Of a stretch of 43,779 nucleotides of DNA, positions 28,364-37,692 are shown piece by piece. Below the pieces are notes generated by a model. It was not told the DNA's origin. It made no database searches and worked only from the letters and a program-made list of their open reading frames with translations. Each line of letters starts with the position of its first letter. Positions within the stretch are counted from its first letter, which is position 1. Source of the DNA: Candidatus Lindowbacteria bacterium RIFCSPLOWO2_12_FULL_62_27 (GTDB lineage Bacteria > Lindowbacteria > 2-12-FULL-62-27); assembly GCA_001784175.1 (NCBI GenBank), contig MFPR01000031.1:1-43779 (forward strand), read 5' to 3'. The position numbers and the translations under genes were made by a program.

Positions 28364-29530
28364 CTAGGGCAGAGACGCAAGAAGTCGGGCGGCCGGAATG
28401 GAATCCTTGTAGGCGGTACGGTCGGCCGTGACCAGATACGCATGCGGGACGCGGAGCTTTCGGCGAAAATAATCGAGCCTGCCATCCTTGTGACGTTTGA
28501 GCTTCGATTCAATCAGCACCCACGGTTTTGATTCCTTCAGAATGAGAAAATCAACCTCGCGCTTCTCCCGGTCTCGCACGTAGCGCACCTCCGCGCGGAT
28601 GCCTTCGATATCCTCCAACCAGTGGCAGAATTTGAGAAGATGCGAAGCGACGAAATTTTCGAACCGGGCGCCATCATCTTGTACCTCCGACCAATCCCAG
28701 AAATAAACCTTGCTCTCCTTCCGAAGCGTCCGGGTCAGCGAGCCGGCGAATGGGCGGACGCGGAAGACCATATACAGCCGTTCGAGCGCCTCGATCCAGT
28801 GGGTGACCGTCTTGTGGTCGACCTCAAGATCCTCCCGCAGACTGTTGATGGAGACGGGTGAGCCAACGCGGGCGATGAGCATATCAGAAAGTTGCTCGAG
28901 CAGGGAAAGATCGCGGATGAGCGTCAAGTCCCGCGCATCCTGCCGAAGGACAAGATCGCGCCGGGCCAGCCTCCAGCGGCGGACCGTCCGATCGTTCCCC
29001 TGAAGAAACGGCTCGGGGAATCCTCCCCTGCCAAGGAGGCCCTCCTGAAGGTCCCCCGGGACCTGTGGAGAATCCGACCATCGCGCCGGATTCAGCAGGA
29101 TTCTCGTCGACGGCGGCTTGCCGCCACGATTGGCTTCGCCCAGGCTGAACGGATGGAGACGGTGGCGAAAATACCTTCCAAACAAAGAGTCTCCGCCACG
29201 CCGGTAGACATCGAGCCGCGCACTGCCTGTGATAAGCAGCTTCTGCCGCCCCCCCTCGACATCATGAAATCCCTTCAGAAGAGTTTTCCATCGGCCGTAT
29301 TTGTGCACCTCGTCCAGCACGGCCACGGATGGGGTGCGGTCCCACGCGAGCGTCCGAATGATTTTTCGATGGTCCGGGTTGTCCCAGTTGAGATACACGC
29401 CCCGGAGCGGGTCTGTCCGGTCGAGGATCCGCCGGGCCAGCGTCGTTTTCCCGGCCTGTCTCGGTCCCGTCAGGAAGACCATTTTTCGTTTCAAGTCCCG
29501 CACGACGAATTCCATCCATTCCCGGTCCAT
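28364..29530 (-). CDS. AAA_14 ATPase with DUF4143 / PD-(D/E)XK-like C-terminus
   Basis: GPRQAGKTT, LDEVHK, TGSARLD, GGFPEP, KVYFWD, FENFVA and REVDFL..IESK. Confidence 0.88.
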   Translation of the reverse strand: MDREWMEFVVRDLKRKMVFLTGPRQAGKTTLARRILDRTDPLRGVYLNWDNPDHRKIIRTLAWDRTPSVAVLDEVHKYGRWKTLLKGFHDVEGGRQKLLITGSARLDVYRRGGDSLFGRYFRHRLHPFSLGEANRGGKPPSTRILLNPARWSDSPQVPGDLQEGLLGRGGFPEPFLQGNDRTVRRWRLARRDLVLRQDARDLTLIRDLSLLEQLSDMLIARVGSPVSINSLREDLEVDHKTVTHWIEALERLYMVFRVRPFAGSLTRTLRKESKVYFWDWSEVQDDGARFENFVASHLLKFCHWLEDIEGIRAEVRYVRDREKREVDFLILKESKPWVLIESKLKRHKDGRLDYFRRKLRVPHAYLVTADRTAYKDSIPAARLLASLP

Positions 29531-29536
29531 ACTCCA

Positions 29537-29595
29537 AGTATAGGCATATATCCAAAAATGTCAATACAAATTTGGGTATATATCTAAATTTGTCA
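29537..29595 (-). promoter_or_regulatory. Near-consensus sigma70 promoter (probably leaderless) with overlapping repeated operator-like boxes
   Basis: TTGACA (29559-29564)-N16-TATACT (29537-29542), with only 6 nt to ATG 29530. Palindrome acaaatttgggtatatatctaaatttgt at 29566-29593. Confidence 0.6.
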
Positions 29596-30015
29596 TACCT
29601 CGGCTGGCCGCCAAGATAAGGGCCGCGTGATGCATCCCCTCTCCCCCGAATGGGGGAGAGGGTCAGGGTGAGGGGGTTCTTCCGTTCGACCTCGGCAGCG
29701 CCACGGCCGTTTGAATCCGACGGCTTCCAACAAATCATGAATCAGATGCTTGTTTCTCCGAAATGCGAAACCGAAGCAGACGCTCAACCAAAGAGTGAGT
29801 TTGCGCCGCAACGGTTCCGGGGCACGCCAGACACAGACGAGATATTCGTAAAATAGCCGCCAGTGGGTCAGCCACATATTGAAAACCCCGCCTTTTCGGG
29901 ATTCTGGATAAAACGTCACCTTGTATCGATCGATGTGGTCCCTCAAATGCATCGCGGGGCGCGTGTGTCGGAACAGCATCAGCACTTCGGGCACGCAGGC
30001 AATCGTGCCGATCAT
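29593..30015 (-). pseudogene. Probable C-terminal fragment of a GT2 glycosyltransferase
   Basis: G.IACVPEVLMLFRH...WRLFYEYLVCVWRAPEP resembles the post-catalytic C-terminal part of GT2 proteins. The nucleotide-binding N-terminal half is absent and the tail runs into a repeat. Confidence 0.4.
29636..29676. repeat. BoxC-like palindromic repeat
   Basis: cccctctcccccgaatgggggagagggtcagggtgaggggg; same family as 32454-32494, in the opposite orientation. Confidence 0.75.
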
Positions 30016-30016
30016 T

Positions 30017-30202
30017 ATGGCAAAACTCTACGGAATCAAGACCAAGGCCTTGGTTCAGGCGGTCAAACGAAACCCGGGGAAATTTCCGCCGGACTTTGTT
30101 TTCCGATTGACGTGGAAGGAACACCGTTCTTTAAGGTCACAATTTGTGACCTTATTGACCTCAGTGTATTTAAAGTATGTCATCCTCAACCGCTCATGGT
30201 GA
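30017..30202 (+). pseudogene. ORF6N-domain (phage-type DNA-binding) gene fragment
   Basis: AKLYGIKTKALVQAVKRNPGKFPPDFVFRLTWKEHRSLRSQFVTL matches the ORF6N core. The N-terminal GQKVMLD-type and C-terminal PYAFTEQG-type motifs are missing. Confidence 0.75.
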
Positions 30203-30271
30203 GCTTGTCGAACCATGAGCGGCCTGTGTCGAGCGGCCCCGCTCATCCTTCGACAAGCTCAGGATGAGCGG
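30190..30271. repeat. REP-like doublet of the GAGCTTGTCGAA / TTCGACAAGCTC family
   Basis: ccgctcatggtgagcttgtcgaaccatgagcgg (30190-30222) and ccgctcatccttcgacaagctcaggatgagcgg (30239-30271). Each is a hairpin and they are inverted relative to each other. Confidence 0.85.
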
Positions 30272-30321
30272 TATGCGGCGGCAGACTAACATTAGAAACG
30301 CTGGACTCAATAGCGCGACTC

Positions 30322-32508
30322 CTATCGTTTATCCAGAAGTACGGCGGCGCCTTTTGGCGGGAGGGTGACTGTGAGTTTCCCGCGGCGGGGTTTCAGTTTG
30401 GCCGCGCGGGCGTTGACTTCCACGAGGGATCGAACGGAACCGATGCCCTGAACGATCCCTTTTTTCATTTCGACGGCGGCGGTGTCCAGCAGATTGACGA
30501 AACCGGCGGAGGTTCCGCCCTTGACCGGAATCTCGATCGACTGCGGAGCGGCGCTGTTGTTCAGCGCAACAATCAATCGGGCCCGATCGTCCCGGCGCTC
30601 GAAGGCGAGAAGTTCGCGCTCGTCGTCCGACGCCAGCATCCGCGCCGCGCCGGTCCGGAGCGCCGGGAAGGTGTTTCGGATCGCGATGAGGCGCCGGTAA
30701 TGGTCCAGGACGTCCGGGTGGACACGGTACTCCGGATTGTCATACGGCATCCGGTCCGGCCACCACATCGGCATGCGGTTGGTCGGATCGTCGGCGCCGA
30801 ACATGCCGGCCTCGTCACCGTAATAGACCATGGGCGCGCCGGCCCATGTCATCTGAAAGGTGACGATCAGCTTCAAAATGTCGTACGACTCCTGTTTCGG
30901 AACGGAAGCGTCATACGCGGGATTGTCGTCCTGGATGCGACCGCGTTTCCAGCCGGCTCGGTTGTGGATCGCCGACACGATGCGGTCGACGTCGTGGCTG
31001 CCCAGAAGATTCTGCAGCACAAAATTGATATCGGGCGCATACCAGAGCAGCATCGATTCCATCGACCGGCCGAACTTGCCGGCGGACAGCGGTCGCGCAT
31101 TGCCACCCGGAAGGAAAAAGCGGTAGACCTTGCGGGTGAACTCGTAATTCATCACTGCGTCGAAGTGGTCGCCCTGGAGCCAGTCTCCGGCGTAGTCCCA
31201 GATTTCTCCGCTGATGTAGGCGTCCCGGTTCACTCCCTTGACGACCTTTCGCCAGTCGACCCAGAAATCGGGGACGACGTTGCCCGGAACGTCCAGCCGC
31301 CAGCCGTCGATGCCGTCGGCGGGATCTCCGTCGCCGTTCGGGTCCATCCAACGGCGGGTGACGTCGAACACATGCTCGCGGATGCCGGCCGCAAGGCCGC
31401 GGGTGTCCTCGGCGTATTCCGGCAGACCGTCAAAGCCGGCCCATCCATCGTACTCGAAGGCGGGGCCGCCCGGGTATTTCGGGGGCACGCCCCATTTCCG
31501 GATGGAAAACCATTTTCTGTACGGAGATTTCTTCCCGTTTTTAACGATGTCCTGAAACGCCCAGAAGTCCGTGCCGCTGTGGTTGAACACGCCGTCGAGA
31601 ATGATTTTGAATCCCCGCCGGTGCGCTTCTTCGAGAAAGTCCAAAAACAACCGGTCCGTCTTCGTGAACGCCCACGTTGACGGGTCGGCCGTTTCGTCCC
31701 GCTGGCGTTCGGCGATGTCTCCTTTGAAACCGAAATGATCGTCGATGTGCCGGTAATCGGACGTGTTGTACTTGTGATGGCCCGGCGCTTTGAATACCGG
31801 ATTGAAGTAGATGCCCGTCACGCCCAGATCCTCGAGGTAATCGAGCGATTCCATCATCCCCCGGATGTCCCCGCCGTACTGGCGGTCCCAGATCGCGCCG
31901 CCGCCGTAAAATTTCCGGCGCTCGGCGTCGTTGACCGGCTCGAACCAATCCCACGTCCAGGGGACGGCGTGCGCCGGATCGTTTTCGGTGTCGCCATTGC
32001 GCCAGCGCTCCGGCATGATCTGATACCAGACGACATGCTTGGCCCAGTCGGGCGTCACGACGTCGCTCGAACGCGCCGACAGATTCCACGCAGTCGATCC
32101 GGTCACGAACGAGAGATCCCACGTATCGCTTTTCAGGTCCAGCCGGATCCGGTAGAGACCCGGCCGATCGATGGCCAGAATGATGTTGTCGCCCGGTTGC
32201 ACGAGCCGGCCGTCCGGCCCCGATCCGCGATGGACGTCCCAGCCTCCGTCCATCACGAACTTGAACTCGTGTTCGCCGGGCGGAAACTTCTGGGCGAGAA
32301 CCCAGAGGTTCGGCCCGGCCGCATTCATGCGCATGGCCGGGTCCTGCGTGTTCCAGCCGTTGAAGGAGCCGGCCAGGCCGACGGACGAAATACTGAAAGC
32401 CGGGAGCGGAGATAAAAGAGGAGCGACAACGGCAAGGACAAAGAAAAGCGCCACCCTCACCCCAACCCTCTCCCGCCTTTGGCGGGAGAGGGGGAAAGCG
32501 TCAGACAT
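30322..32508 (-). CDS. Exported GH13 enzyme, neopullulanase/cyclomaltodextrinase-like, with an N-terminal CBM48-like domain
   Basis: LAGSFNGW..HEFKFV; WYQIMPERWRNGD, GGDIRG, HHKYNTSDY, DGVFNH, GWRLDVP, GEIW, GSHDVDR and GAPMVYYGDE. Confidence 0.92.
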   Translation of the reverse strand: MSDAFPLSRQRRERVGVRVALFFVLAVVAPLLSPLPAFSISSVGLAGSFNGWNTQDPAMRMNAAGPNLWVLAQKFPPGEHEFKFVMDGGWDVHRGSGPDGRLVQPGDNIILAIDRPGLYRIRLDLKSDTWDLSFVTGSTAWNLSARSSDVVTPDWAKHVVWYQIMPERWRNGDTENDPAHAVPWTWDWFEPVNDAERRKFYGGGAIWDRQYGGDIRGMMESLDYLEDLGVTGIYFNPVFKAPGHHKYNTSDYRHIDDHFGFKGDIAERQRDETADPSTWAFTKTDRLFLDFLEEAHRRGFKIILDGVFNHSGTDFWAFQDIVKNGKKSPYRKWFSIRKWGVPPKYPGGPAFEYDGWAGFDGLPEYAEDTRGLAAGIREHVFDVTRRWMDPNGDGDPADGIDGWRLDVPGNVVPDFWVDWRKVVKGVNRDAYISGEIWDYAGDWLQGDHFDAVMNYEFTRKVYRFFLPGGNARPLSAGKFGRSMESMLLWYAPDINFVLQNLLGSHDVDRIVSAIHNRAGWKRGRIQDDNPAYDASVPKQESYDILKLIVTFQMTWAGAPMVYYGDEAGMFGADDPTNRMPMWWPDRMPYDNPEYRVHPDVLDHYRRLIAIRNTFPALRTGAARMLASDDERELLAFERRDDRARLIVALNNSAAPQSIEIPVKGGTSAGFVNLLDTAAVEMKKGIVQGIGSVRSLVEVNARAAKLKPRRGKLTVTLPPKGAAVLLDKR
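32454..32494. repeat. BoxC-like palindromic repeat inside the 5' end of the GH13 gene
   Basis: ccctcaccccaaccctctcccgcctttggcgggagaggggg; encodes PLSRQRRERVGVR. Confidence 0.75.
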
Positions 32509-32527
32509 TTTCCCCCGCCGCCCTTGC

Positions 32528-35344
32528 CTATCTGCGCTTCGCGGCGACGATCGCCGCCGAGTGGCCGCCCAAGGGCAGCGTCAAGCTGCCATTCTTGACG
32601 GTGAGTTTCCGGCCGTCCAGCTCATTTGTATACGTTCCGTCCTTGAATTCGGGCGCAACCGCAAGACTCACCGTCGCCGTGTCCGGCGAGCGGTTGAGCG
32701 CCACGAGCACGCGATCTTCGAAGTAGGTTTTCAGGAACACGTATCGGTCCGGTTCCACGAGGAGGGCGCGCCGGCTGCCGTAGCGGAGCGCCGGATGGCG
32801 CCGGCGCAGAGCGGAGACGCCGGAAAAATGCGCGAGGACATCCTTTTCCGCAGCTGTCAGCTGCTCTCCGAACCGCATGTCCCGGCGGTTGTCCGGATCG
32901 CCCGCGCCGGAAATCCCGAACTCGTCTCCATAATAGATCATCGGCACGCCGTCGAGCGCGAGGAGGAACGTCATCGCGAGTTTGATCCGAGCGTAACGTT
33001 CGGGACGGTCCACCGCGGGCGGCCGACGCCAGCCCACTTCCTCCTCGTCCGGTTCCTTTGGGTCCGGCAGATCGCCGTCGGCGTAGGCCATGAAGCGGGA
33101 TTTGTCATGATTGCCGATCAACGTCGACATGATCGTTTCCTTCCCGTAAATCCGTTCGGACGCCGACAGCGACGCTTCGAGATCCTGAAAGCCGGACTGT
33201 TCCAGCGCGAAAACGGATTTGACCGTGTCGTAGAGCGGAAAATCGAACTGGCCGTCCAGCATGTTCGGCCCGACGAAGGACATGATACCGCGGCGGTCCC
33301 GGAAGGTTTCGCCGACCAGATACAGGGGTTCGCTCCGCTCGCGCTCAAGCGTGTCCCGGAACGCCGACCGGAACTTTCTCCAGAAGCTCGGCGGGATGTG
33401 TTTGACCGCATCGAGCCGAAACCCGTCCAGTTGCGCGGTCCTTGCCCACCAGATGGAATTCTCGATGAGCGCGCGTTCGGCTTCGGCGTTCGAAAAATCA
33501 AACGCGGGCAGGAAAGGCTCAAACCATGTCGTGAACGCATATTCGTCCCACAGCCGCAAATTCTTGCGGCCGTCCGGCAGGAGGAGCGAGCCAAACCAGT
33601 CCGGGTGCGCAAGCCGGTACGGATGGGATTCGTGAACATGCTTGAGCACGAGGTCGACGATGATCCGGATGCCCCGGCGGTGCGCGCGGCCGACCAGACC
33701 GGCCAGCCCCCGCATGTCTCCGAAATGCGGATCGACCTCCGTACTCGAGACCGGCCAGTATCCGTGGTATCCGCTGTACCAGCGATAGGGCGGCAGGTAT
33801 TCGAGGAACGCGGTGTCAGGATTGCGGTTGAGCGGCGAAAGCCACAGGACGTTGACGCCGAGCCGGTCGAAATATCCATCGTCGATTTTTTTCGCGAGGC
33901 CCGCAAGGTCCCCGCCGTGATAATTCGCCTGCGGGAGAAGGTCGGCATGGGAAACGGGCCGGTCGTTGGACGGATCGCCGTTGGCAAAGCGATCCAGAAA
34001 AACAAAATAAATGACGCCATCCTGCCAGCGGAATTTTTCGGCCTCGGCCAGAGGACACCGGACCGCCGGGCTGACGCGGCCTTTGCGGTCGGCGGCCACC
34101 ACCCGTACCCAGGAGCCCGCGGGCGCGCCCTTGCGGGAAATCCGGACACGATCGCTCAACCGCTCGAATGCTACGGGGCGGCTCGATCCTTCCCGTGTCT
34201 GAAGGACGACCGAAACGTCCCGGATCGGCTCGTCGCCCGGCACAAGCGCGACTTCGATGTCCGAGCGGGTTTGGCGGTCTGCATAAGCGTGCGGGTTTCG
34301 ACCGGTCCCCGCTCCTTCCAGCGTGATGATCGAATTGAATCCGCCGAACCCGTCCGGCGTCGAGTCGGGATTGGACGGATCGGGAATCCAGTTGCCATCG
34401 ACGACGAATTTGTAGGTGTACGCGCCCGGCTCCAGCCAAGCGCGGGCCTCGTAGGTTCCGTCGCCGTCCGGATCGGTCATGGGCGTTTTGTCCTGGTTCC
34501 AGTCATTGAAGGATCCGGCCACGATGATTTTTTGCGGCTGGGCGGAAGGCTTGTGCGAAAACACCTGAACGCCGCGGCGGGCGACCGCCAGCGTCAGAAC
34601 AGCGCTCAGGCGCGTATCGCCGGATTCGTCCAGCACCCACAGCGGCAGATCGAGGATGCCGGAAAAGTTCGCGTTGGGCCGGACGTGCAGTTCAAACGAC
34701 TCCGGCACGAACGCGGCCCCCACGTTCGGGTGCGGCGCGATCTTCAAACGATTGTTTTTTCCAGGAGAAAAAAATCGGTGCAGGTCGATGATCTCGACCT
34801 CGCCGGCGTTGACCGGCATGACCGGAATCCAGCCCACATACGCGGCGGGCGAATCCGACAGTCCGCCGGCCGGCGGAAGGTCGTACCACTCGCGCGCGGG
34901 CGGCAGCGGCGGCGCCGGCGGGACCTTGCTGACCTGGCGGTCATCGGTCACATAAAAAAGGGCGTTGTCATCCTGGTCCTTCTTGAATCCCGGCGGCGAT
35001 ATCCACTCATGGTCATCGAGGACGAATTTGAACCGGTGCTCGCCGGGCGCGATCGCCAATTTTATTTCGTACAGATGCTCGTCCACCCTGGACATCGCAT
35101 GCCGCTCATCGGTCACTACGCCGCCCTGGTTGTCGCCCCAGTTGTTGAAGGACCCCGCCACATAGACGCTCCGGACGTCGCGAACCTCGATACGGAAGAC
35201 GACGCTTCCATCGGACGACGCCAGATCGTGGATTTTGACGATCTCGAACGCGAACGCGCGATCCAAAGTCCCCGCCCGATCCGACAGAGCCCAGAAGACA
35301 GCCCAGACAAGAGCAAGCCGCACACCCCGCGACTGTAGGATCAT
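32528..35344 (-). CDS. Exported GH13 alpha-amylase-family enzyme with two CBM48 domains
   Basis: VYVAGSFNNW and IIVAGSFNDW..YTYKFVVDGNWIPDPSNP; IYFVFLDRFANGD, GGDLAG, YHGYWP, DLVLKH, GFRLDAVKH, GETF and GNHDKSR. Start is ATG 35344 or TTG 35401. Confidence 0.92.
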   Translation of the reverse strand: MILQSRGVRLALVWAVFWALSDRAGTLDRAFAFEIVKIHDLASSDGSVVFRIEVRDVRSVYVAGSFNNWGDNQGGVVTDERHAMSRVDEHLYEIKLAIAPGEHRFKFVLDDHEWISPPGFKKDQDDNALFYVTDDRQVSKVPPAPPLPPAREWYDLPPAGGLSDSPAAYVGWIPVMPVNAGEVEIIDLHRFFSPGKNNRLKIAPHPNVGAAFVPESFELHVRPNANFSGILDLPLWVLDESGDTRLSAVLTLAVARRGVQVFSHKPSAQPQKIIVAGSFNDWNQDKTPMTDPDGDGTYEARAWLEPGAYTYKFVVDGNWIPDPSNPDSTPDGFGGFNSIITLEGAGTGRNPHAYADRQTRSDIEVALVPGDEPIRDVSVVLQTREGSSRPVAFERLSDRVRISRKGAPAGSWVRVVAADRKGRVSPAVRCPLAEAEKFRWQDGVIYFVFLDRFANGDPSNDRPVSHADLLPQANYHGGDLAGLAKKIDDGYFDRLGVNVLWLSPLNRNPDTAFLEYLPPYRWYSGYHGYWPVSSTEVDPHFGDMRGLAGLVGRAHRRGIRIIVDLVLKHVHESHPYRLAHPDWFGSLLLPDGRKNLRLWDEYAFTTWFEPFLPAFDFSNAEAERALIENSIWWARTAQLDGFRLDAVKHIPPSFWRKFRSAFRDTLERERSEPLYLVGETFRDRRGIMSFVGPNMLDGQFDFPLYDTVKSVFALEQSGFQDLEASLSASERIYGKETIMSTLIGNHDKSRFMAYADGDLPDPKEPDEEEVGWRRPPAVDRPERYARIKLAMTFLLALDGVPMIYYGDEFGISGAGDPDNRRDMRFGEQLTAAEKDVLAHFSGVSALRRRHPALRYGSRRALLVEPDRYVFLKTYFEDRVLVALNRSPDTATVSLAVAPEFKDGTYTNELDGRKLTVKNGSLTLPLGGHSAAIVAAKRR

Positions 35345-35433
35345 GGTCAGGGACCGTATCACGTTCCGCGAACCTTGTCGAATAGGCGGTCTGATTGTCA
35401 AACCCTTTTCCTTCGTGGTAGCCTCGCAATGAC

Positions 35434-37692
35434 ATGATCACGAGCATTGATCCGGATGACGCTCTACGACTGGTTCGGTCGACCCATCATGATCCTCAGC
35501 GGGTGCTGGGGATGCACATGGTCGAGGCGATGGGCAAGCGGGTGACCGCCGTGCGGGCGTTTTTTCCGGACGCGAAAGAGGTTTTTGTCCAGGACAAGGG
35601 AAACGCGCGGCGGGCCTATCGGATGGACCGGGTGCATCCGGACGGGCTGTTCGAGGCGATTTTGTGGCGGCGGCCGGCGCCGTTCGAGTACGAGTTCCGG
35701 ATCGTCGATTACGCCGACCGCGAGCAGGTGGTGGAGGACGCCTACCATTATCCCGGCGATGAAGTCACGCCCTTTGACCGCTACCTGTTCAACCGGGCCG
35801 TCCACTACCGGATTTACGAAAAAATGGGAGCGAACCTGCGCACGGTGAAAGGTGTCGCCGGCGTGCACTTTTCCGTCTGGGCGCCGAACGCCCAGCGCGT
35901 GAGCGTCATCGGCGATTTCAACCGGTGGGACGGGCGGAAGCACCAGATGAAAGTTCATGAGGACTCCGGCGTGTGGGAGCTGTTCATCCCGAAGCTCAAG
36001 GAGGGGGAGAAATACAAATTCGAGATCAAAACCCGCGGGGGCGATCTGTACGTCAAGACCGACCCGTACGGATTTTATTTCGAGCCGCCGCCCGGCAACG
36101 CCGCCATTGTGCGAGACATCGGAACGTTCACTTGGCGGGACGGCGAATGGATGGAGGCGCGGCGGCAGACCGATCCACTCAAGCGGCCGATGATCATTTA
36201 CGAAGTCCACCTCGGCTCGTGGCGGCGCGTGCCGGAAGACAATTACCGTCCGCTCACGTACCGCGAAGCGGTCGACCAGCTGATTCCCTACGTCAAGGAG
36301 ATGGGATACACCCACATTGAGATGATGCCCGTCATGGAGCATCCCTTCGACGGGTCGTGGGGATATCAGGTCACCGGCTATTACGCGCCGACGTGGCGGT
36401 ACGGCACGCCGCAGGATTTCATGTATTTCGTCGACACGGCGCACCAAAACGGCATCGGAGTGATTCTCGACTGGGTGCCGGCGCATTTTCCCAAGGACGC
36501 GCACGCGCTCGTTTTTTTCGACGGCACCGCGCTTTATGAGCACGCCGATCCGCGCCAGGGTGAGCATCCGGACTGGGGCACGAAGGTGTTCAACTTCGGT
36601 CGAGCCGAGGTCAAGAATTACCTGATTTCGAACGCGCTGTTCTGGCTCGACAAGTTTCACATCGACGGCCTGCGGGTGGACGCCGTCGCATCCCTGCTGT
36701 ATCTGGATTACAGCCGCAAAGAGGGCGAGTGGATTCCGAACTGTTACGGGGGCCGGGAGAACCTGGAGGCGATCGAGTTTGTTAAGCATCTCAACTCGAA
36801 AGTCTACGAATATTTTCCGGGCGTCCTCATGATCGCCGAGGAGTCGACGGCATGGCCGATGGTGTCGCGGCCGGCCTATATGGGCGGGCTGGGATTTGGC
36901 CTCAAGTGGAACATGGGCTGGATGCACGACGTGCTGGACTACATGACGAAGGACACGGTGTACCGGCGGTTCCACCACAACCAGCTCACGTTCGGACTGC
37001 TTTACGCCTACAACGAAAATTTCATCCTCCCCTTTTCGCACGACGAGGTGACGCACGGCAAAGGCAGCCTCATCGGCAAGATGCCGGGCGATCCCTGGCA
37101 GAAATTTGCGAACCTCCGGCTCCTCTTCACCTTCATGGCGGGCCACCCCGGGAAAATCCTGCATTTCATGGGCTCGGAGTTCGGGCAGTTCGACGAGTGG
37201 AATTTCCAGAAGAGCCTCGACTGGCACCTGCTCGCCTACGGACCGCACTGGACGCTGAAGGAGGCGGTCAAGCGCCTGAATTTCCTGGTGCGCCGCGAGC
37301 CCGCGCTGCACGAAATCGACTTTTCCCATGAAGGATTCCAATGGATCAACGCGAACGACTCGGACAACTCGGTGCTGTCGTTCGTGCGCAGGGGCGCGAA
37401 GGCGGACGATCACCTGGTGTTCGTCCTGAATTTCACGCCGGTGCCGCGCTACGACTACACGATCGGCGTGCCGGCGTCCGGATTTTATTTCGAGATTTTC
37501 AACAGCGACGCCAAACGGTTCGGCGGATCCGGCGTCGGCAACGGCCGGGGAGTTGCGGCGTGGAAAGAGGAGGGATTCGGCCAGCCGGCGATGACGCGCG
37601 TTACCGTGCCGCCGCTCGGCGGGATCATTCTCAAGCCCGCGGCCGGCCGGGCGCCTGCGCCCTTTCCCGCGACGGAGGACGAGAAGGCATGA
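35434..37692 (+). CDS. glgB: 1,4-alpha-glucan branching enzyme
   Basis: [52 protein letters not shown] and [12 protein letters not shown]. Confidence 0.96.
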   Translation: MITSIDPDDALRLVRSTHHDPQRVLGMHMVEAMGKRVTAVRAFFPDAKEVFVQDKGNARRAYRMDRVHPDGLFEAILWRRPAPFEYEFRIVDYADREQVVEDAYHYPGDEVTPFDRYLFNRAVHYRIYEKMGANLRTVKGVAGVHFSVWAPNAQRVSVIGDFNRWDGRKHQMKVHEDSGVWELFIPKLKEGEKYKFEIKTRGGDLYVKTDPYGFYFEPPPGNAAIVRDIGTFTWRDGEWMEARRQTDPLKRPMIIYEVHLGSWRRVPEDNYRPLTYREAVDQLIPYVKEMGYTHIEMMPVMEHPFDGSWGYQVTGYYAPTWRYGTPQDFMYFVDTAHQNGIGVILDWVPAHFPKDAHALVFFDGTALYEHADPRQGEHPDWGTKVFNFGRAEVKNYLISNALFWLDKFHIDGLRVDAVASLLYLDYSRKEGEWIPNCYGGRENLEAIEFVKHLNSKVYEYFPGVLMIAEESTAWPMVSRPAYMGGLGFGLKWNMGWMHDVLDYMTKDTVYRRFHHNQLTFGLLYAYNENFILPFSHDEVTHGKGSLIGKMPGDPWQKFANLRLLFTFMAGHPGKILHFMGSEFGQFDEWNFQKSLDWHLLAYGPHWTLKEAVKRLNFLVRREPALHEIDFSHEGFQWINANDSDNSVLSFVRRGAKADDHLVFVLNFTPVPRYDYTIGVPASGFYFEIFNSDAKRFGGSGVGNGRGVAAWKEEGFGQPAMTRVTVPPLGGIILKPAAGRAPAPFPATEDEKA

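Noticed and set aside
3640-30271. Short repeat clusters as a possible CRISPR array, DGR or IS ends
   Set aside because: No regularly spaced identical repeats with unique spacers, and no cas, reverse transcriptase or transposase gene in the window.
6464-35344. DxDGD-type motifs (DADGDT, DPNGDGD, DPDGDGT) as dockerins
   Set aside because: Single isolated loops without the duplicated Ca-loop/helix pattern; no cohesin domains are recognisable.
35370-35433. gaaccttgtcgaa and cctcgcaatgac resembling REP-like repeat remnants before glgB
   Set aside because: Only half-sites with no partner arm; too short to call.
37341-37688. N-terminal extension of malQ
   Set aside because: Overlaps glgB; the ATGA-coupled start at 37689 is more plausible.
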